Origin: an uncultured Bacilli bacterium
Lineage (GTDB): Bacteria; Bacillota_I; Bacilli_A; RF39; UBA660
Length of the DNA: 64,000 nucleotides
Direction of reading: 5' to 3'
NCBI GenBank assembly: GCA_944332555.1
Contig: CALVKF010000001.1
Location: 38,452 to 102,451, forward strand
Shown here: piece by piece, positions 59,966-64,000 of the stretch
How the letters are laid out: the number at the start of each line of letters is the position of its first letter
How positions within the stretch are numbered: position 1 is the stretch's first letter
Translations under genes and position numbers: made by a program
Notes under the pieces: model-generated
Databases searched by the model: none
The model's input: the letters and a program-made list of their open reading frames with translations, nothing else
What the model was told of the DNA's origin: nothing

Positions 59966-60010
59966 GAACGTATAATTTGTGTAAACCAATGTCAAACTTG
60001 ACATTACTAT

Positions 60011-60649
60011 TTATTCATTAAAAATAATTCCATCTTCGGTAAATTTATATGTAGGAATATCTATTTTTATTTCATCAGTTTTAGCATCTTGATTATTTTC
60101 CAAAACATTATTTAAATTATTTTCAATATTCTCTTTATCCTTAAGAGCTAAATCATCAGTTAAAACTGCAGCGTTATTTTGTTCTATGACCGGAATAGCA
60201 CTTGGAGCACTATTAGAAACTGGTGTTTCAAATGGATTTTTAACTTCCATAGAATCTAATAATTCTACTAGATGCGAAACTGATTTAGAATCAGTAAATT
60301 CATCATATGCAACTACTCCATTAGCATCATATTTGACATTGACAAAATTATCATCTTTCTTATAATCTTTAGTATCTTGATTATTTTGTCCCAACATATT
60401 ATTATTTAAAATACCAAATGATTCATCTTTAAAGCCCTCGAATAACACATTAGTTATATCACTATGATTAAAAGCAAAAGTGTTACCTAAAAGAGTTCCT
60501 TCGGGATAACTTATACCTATATAATCATACATTTTAACAACATTTTGATATTTTATAGCATAGTATCCTACGATCATTACACTTTTATTAGTATCATTTA
60601 TAGTTACAATACTACCTATTGGTAAATATTTATCTTTCACTAATCTCAC
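60011..60649 (-). CDS. DUF4176-family protein (common in T7SSb/LXG loci)
   Basis: The N-terminus MRLVKDKYLPIGSIVTINDTNKSVMIVGY matches the DUF4176 opening. Confidence 0.55.
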   Translation of the reverse strand: MRLVKDKYLPIGSIVTINDTNKSVMIVGYYAIKYQNVVKMYDYIGISYPEGTLLGNTFAFNHSDITNVLFEGFKDESFGILNNNMLGQNNQDTKDYKKDDNFVNVKYDANGVVAYDEFTDSKSVSHLVELLDSMEVKNPFETPVSNSAPSAIPVIEQNNAAVLTDDLALKDKENIENNLNNVLENNQDAKTDEIKIDIPTYKFTEDGIIFNE

Positions 60650-60658
60650 CCTTTTCTT

Positions 60659-61036
60659 TTATTTAGCTTGCATTTGTTTTTCTCTAACAATATCTAATAC
60701 TCCCAGCATATTATCTACTAAAATATATAAAAATTGTCTTTCAATATTAGATAATTTTCCAGGAATATATTCAGCTCCACTTTTTCTTACTTCATCAGAA
60801 ATATTTACTCCTACAGCTGATGCTTCTTCTTGAATCATTTGTTGAATCAATTTAACATGTTCTTCAGTTAATACTCCCTTTTCTTCAACTTTATTTTGAC
60901 TTTTCATAATATCAGCCATTTTTGGTTTATCTTTTTTTCTTAAATATCCATCAATTAATAATTGAACTATTGAATTAAATTGCATTTGGGCTTCTACATC
61001 ATTATTAAAGCCAACATTCACACCTAAATCATTCAT
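60659..61036 (-). CDS. Hypothetical small protein downstream of the LXG-like gene
   Basis: The start is taken at ATG 61036 behind GGAGG (MNDLGVNVGF...), 2 nt after the stop of the upstream gene. Confidence 0.4.
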   Translation of the reverse strand: MNDLGVNVGFNNDVEAQMQFNSIVQLLIDGYLRKKDKPKMADIMKSQNKVEEKGVLTEEHVKLIQQMIQEEASAVGVNISDEVRKSGAEYIPGKLSNIERQFLYILVDNMLGVLDIVREKQMQAK

Positions 61037-61038
61037 TA

Positions 61039-61428
61039 TTAACCTCCATTTATCCAATTATATACTGTACCTAAACGAGCTCTATCAACACTTGACGCAC
61101 TTACTTCTTCTGCTAAAGCTTGCATATCATTAACAGATTTTCTAATATTATTTACTAATCCATCAATAATATCATTGTAAGATACTATTTGTCCATTCAA
61201 AAATTCTGTTAAATTTCTAACATTATTTCCTAATGTAACTGATGTTTCATCAATTACATTTATACAAGTATTTAATAAATTATTTAATTGTTGAGTTTGA
61301 ATATTTCTATTCAAAGACAATAATAGTTCTCTTATTTGTGGATAATAAGATTGAGTAAGTGTATCATTATTATTACTTATACTACTATTTATTCCTCTTA
61401 ATGTTTCTGGATCTAAATTTACATACAT
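61039..61428 (-). CDS. LXG-like N-domain-only protein
   Basis: The ORF is 129 aa. It is homologous to the N-terminus of the 62426..63472 product (MYVNLDPETL vs MFIDVDLQVL; LTEFLNGQI vs TNLNGLEENI). Confidence 0.45.
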   Translation of the reverse strand: MYVNLDPETLRGINSSISNNNDTLTQSYYPQIRELLLSLNRNIQTQQLNNLLNTCINVIDETSVTLGNNVRNLTEFLNGQIVSYNDIIDGLVNNIRKSVNDMQALAEEVSASSVDRARLGTVYNWINGG

Positions 61429-61442
61429 ATTTAATCACCTTC

Positions 61443-61757
61443 CTATAAATCTTCCAACATACTTTGTAGTTGAGATAGACTATCTGTTGCTGTTTCGTTA
61501 GCTCCACTATATGCCGCGATTTGTTTGCTTAAAAAAGTATCTACAGCTTCAAATAAAGCAACTATTTGTGTACTTTTTGCCTCATTAGCACTAATGTATT
61601 CTTGCAAAGCTGGAGTTATTTCATTACTTCTGATATTTTGTGTTATATCATTAATTATTCGAACATCATTATCATATTTATTTTTCAATTGAGTTTTTAT
61701 TTCCACCAAACGAGCTTGAACACTTCGCATTTGATCAATATCAAATTTTATTTTCAT
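61443..61757 (-). CDS. Small alpha-helical T7SS-associated (Lap/WXG100-superfamily-like) protein
   Basis: The ORF is 104 aa and is predicted helical. It lies in a cassette with the LXG-like gene. Confidence 0.4.
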   Translation of the reverse strand: MKIKFDIDQMRSVQARLVEIKTQLKNKYDNDVRIINDITQNIRSNEITPALQEYISANEAKSTQIVALFEAVDTFLSKQIAAYSGANETATDSLSQLQSMLEDL

Positions 61758-61766
61758 AGTACCTCC

Positions 61767-62063
61767 CTATATTTGACTAGATGTAGCACTTTTGCTACTA
61801 GTCTTTTCTGTAAATTCAATATATTCTTTGATAGCATTAGCAAAGGCATTATTACAAGTAATTGAACGATTAGCAAAACTTACTTCATTTAGTAATTGCG
61901 TTCTAAAAGCTTGAGCATCAGATTGTGATTCTTCCCAATATGATAAAGTCGTATTTAATATTTCATTTAGTTCATCAATATAAGCACTGCTACTACTACC
62001 ATTATTAATAAGTTCATTAGCTAAAGATGTAACTTCAGTAGTATTATTAATTACAAAATTCAT
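61767..62063 (-). CDS. WXG100-like small protein
   Basis: The ORF is 98 aa. The central motif LSYWEESQSDAQAF resembles EsxA ANWEGQAF. Confidence 0.45.
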   Translation of the reverse strand: MNFVINNTTEVTSLANELINNGSSSSAYIDELNEILNTTLSYWEESQSDAQAFRTQLLNEVSFANRSITCNNAFANAIKEYIEFTEKTSSKSATSSQI

Positions 62064-62075
62064 TTAATTTCCTCC

Positions 62076-62363
62076 TTAATTTATTTGATTTCTAGATGCT
62101 TCTAATGCTCTTTGAGCATACACCATAGATGTATTAGCACATTCTCTAATTCCTCTAGCTAAAGCCCTTAAATTAGTAATATTTTTTTGCAAACCTGCAA
62201 CATAACTGTTCTTATCTTCTGTTTCAGATGCCCAACTATCAATAATCCGATTTTTATCCGATTCTAAATTATCAGCAATACCATTTAATTTAGTAAAGAA
62301 TTGCAATAATTCTTCACTAGCATCTATTACTTGCTGTGCATTTATAATTTTAAAATTATCCAT
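62076..62363 (-). CDS. WXG100-like small protein
   Basis: The ORF is 95 aa. The central IDSWASETEDK motif is paralogous to the partial ORF at the window end (SIWTSDTED). Confidence 0.45.
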   Translation of the reverse strand: MDNFKIINAQQVIDASEELLQFFTKLNGIADNLESDKNRIIDSWASETEDKNSYVAGLQKNITNLRALARGIRECANTSMVYAQRALEASRNQIN

Positions 62364-62425
62364 TTCCTTCCTCCTTATTATATTTTAATTTTAACACAAC
62401 TTATATATTTTAGTCAATTTAAGTT

Positions 62426-63472
62426 TTAAGAAATAACATCTCTATTAACAAACGGTCCGTTAACACTAGCCATATTTCCAGAATTGCTATTATCATTTCC
62501 ACTTGCACTAGCATTTGGAGCTGAATTTACATCTATATTAGCAGCAGCTCCACTTACGGCATCAACATTTGAGCTAGCACTAGTCCCTCCCATATCTAAA
62601 GGTATTTCATTAGTATATTTAGGAAATTCTGGAGTTTCAATATCACTGGCACTAACATTTGGAGCTGAATTTAAATCCATATCTATACTATCAAAATCTA
62701 CTGCTGCTCCAGTTACAGCATCAATGCTTGCGTTAGATCCAATATTTCCTTGAGGATTAATTGTTCCATCCATATTCATATATTCCATTGCCCTGTCAGC
62801 AAAATCGGTTGCTTCAAAACTATTTGCTGCCGAACCCACACCACTATCAGCTCCACTTACGGCATCAACATAGGCATTAGAATCAATTCCTTGATAATTG
62901 GCAGTAGCATCATCATTCAGATGATCCATTGCTAAATCCGAAAAACTTTTTCCTTCGTCAGATGCTAATGTTCCTTCAGGATTAATTGTTCCATCCATAT
63001 TCATATATTCCATCGCTCTATCAGCAAATTCCGGTGCCTCAGTATTAGTTGTTTCATTTTGATTAGGTATTTCTATATTACTTGTACCATCACTCTTTCC
63101 AATATAACTTACAGCATCACTTTCGGTAAAATCAAAATTGCCACTAGTAGTATAATCTTGCATTACAACAAATAATTCTGTAAGTTTTGATACAGCCATT
63201 TCTAATATTACATTATATCCTTCTAAAGATGCCGCAATATTTTCTTCAAGACCATTCAAATTAGTTCTAATATTATTTGCATAATAAACTACTTTTTCAT
63301 CAATTGTTGTTAATATTGCTTTAACATCCTCCGTTTTAATTCCTTGTTCTGTAAGCAAATTAGCAATATATTCTCGCATTTTTTCAAAGTAATCATTTAC
63401 TAAAGTATTATCATATGATTCAATATCATGACTAACATTTTTTAAAACCTGTAAATCTACATCAATAAACAC
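62426..63472 (-). CDS. LXG-like N-domain protein with a repetitive low-complexity C-terminal region
   Basis: The ORF is 348 aa. The N-terminal ~110 aa are LXG-like. The C-terminus has the repeat DRAMEYMNMDGTINP(E/Q)G and a NSAPN(V/A)SAS repeat. No recognisable toxin domain is present. Confidence 0.45.
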   Translation of the reverse strand: MFIDVDLQVLKNVSHDIESYDNTLVNDYFEKMREYIANLLTEQGIKTEDVKAILTTIDEKVVYYANNIRTNLNGLEENIAASLEGYNVILEMAVSKLTELFVVMQDYTTSGNFDFTESDAVSYIGKSDGTSNIEIPNQNETTNTEAPEFADRAMEYMNMDGTINPEGTLASDEGKSFSDLAMDHLNDDATANYQGIDSNAYVDAVSGADSGVGSAANSFEATDFADRAMEYMNMDGTINPQGNIGSNASIDAVTGAAVDFDSIDMDLNSAPNVSASDIETPEFPKYTNEIPLDMGGTSASSNVDAVSGAAANIDVNSAPNASASGNDNSNSGNMASVNGPFVNRDVIS

Positions 63473-63484
63473 GATAACACCTCC

Positions 63485-63844
63485 CTATATTTGCTCTACT
63501 GAAGAGACAGTAGAACTAGCAAAACTATCAAGTTCATTTGCTGTTTGTTGCATTCTAGCTTCGGCATCTTGATTTATGTTTTCATAAGAACTAATTTGAT
63601 TTTGCAAGAAAATAAACAATTCATTTAAATTTCTTTGAATATTGCCATTTTGACTATAAATACTATTAGAAAAATCTTGAATTATTTTAGATAAACCACT
63701 AGAATTTACATCCCCACTTATTAATGTATACTTTTCTCTATTTTCCGCAAAAGCTGTAGCTAACTGTTCTTTTAAATCAACAATACGATTTAAAAGTTCA
63801 CGAGCCCGATTAAAATCCTCAATACTTATCACATTATTCACCAT
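63485..63844 (-). CDS. Small alpha-helical T7SS-associated (Lap-like) protein
   Basis: The ORF is 119 aa and lies immediately upstream of the LXG-like gene. Confidence 0.4.
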   Translation of the reverse strand: MVNNVISIEDFNRARELLNRIVDLKEQLATAFAENREKYTLISGDVNSSGLSKIIQDFSNSIYSQNGNIQRNLNELFIFLQNQISSYENINQDAEARMQQTANELDSFASSTVSSVEQI

Positions 63845-64000
63845 CCTTATTTGCTTGAGCCTCTAAAGAAGCAGCAAAATCTTGCAAAGTATAAGCAAAA
63901 TCTTTTGTGAATTTAACTAAATTTTCTAAAAATTCAACATTTTTAGTTAAATTAGCAGTAAGAGATGCCACATCTTCTGTATCACTTGTCCAAATACTAG
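63833..64000 (-). CDS. WXG100-like small protein, C-terminal part (N-terminus beyond window)
   Basis: The translation ...SIWTSDTEDVASLTANLTKNVEFLENLVKFTKDFAYTLQDFAASLEAQANKDGE is paralogous to the 62076..62363 product. Confidence 0.4.

Noticed and set aside
60659-61428. Frameshifted single LXG toxin gene (129-aa plus 132-aa ORFs overlapping by 19 nt)
   Set aside because: The upstream ORF has a genuine TAA stop at 61041..61039. The downstream ORF has its own GGAGG RBS and ATG at 61036. They are two adjacent genes, and the ORF-track start at 61057 is a TTG.

Overview
The window is AT-rich (~27% GC) chromosomal DNA from a low-GC Gram-positive bacterium (Bacillota), with most genes on the minus strand. 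Several runs of genes keep Bacillus-like order.

The conserved core comprises gatC-gatA-gatB, asnS, hisS, aspS with a T-box leader, dtd, relA, tig, greA, and the yrzL(ireB)-ruvX-yrzB-mltG-trmR-yrrN-yrrO block. It also includes two tRNAs (Leu-UAG and a CAU tRNA), tgt, ddl-murF, lon and mutS.

Accessory islets are spliced between these blocks:
(1) A membrane-protein/membrane-protein/HerA-like ATPase operon followed by an Abi_2 abortive-infection gene. Both the ATPase gene and the Abi gene end in the same ~60-bp repeat plus a bidirectional terminator.
(2) An AbiL-type pair (OLD-like ABC ATPase plus RloB/TOPRIM protein) next to an array of five degenerate hairpin repeats with compensatory stem changes.
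(3) A MutH/Sau3AI-like PD-(D/E)xK endonuclease and a small ABC-type ATPase beside the tRNA genes, together with a degenerate tRNA fragment.
(4) A ~3.3-kb serine-recombinase element that splits a ZIP-family zinc transporter gene (zupT) and is flanked by a 14-bp direct repeat.
(5) Three paralogous membrane-anchored surface proteins sharing an uncharacterised W-rich C-terminal domain, with small XRE and ribbon-helix-helix (RHH) regulators and clear operator/promoter architecture. There is also a thioester-domain adhesin with CnaB repeats and a VPDTG sorting signal.
(6) An array of type VII secretion (T7SSb)-associated WXG100/Lap-like small helical proteins, two LXG-like N-domain proteins and a DUF4176 protein.

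Candidate RNA/regulatory elements include a 6S-like structured RNA near the left end, a leader-peptide/terminator attenuator candidate upstream of hisS (no T-box), a promoter-leader-terminator unit upstream of ireB, and a MazF/PemK-like long protein with a small upstream ORF.
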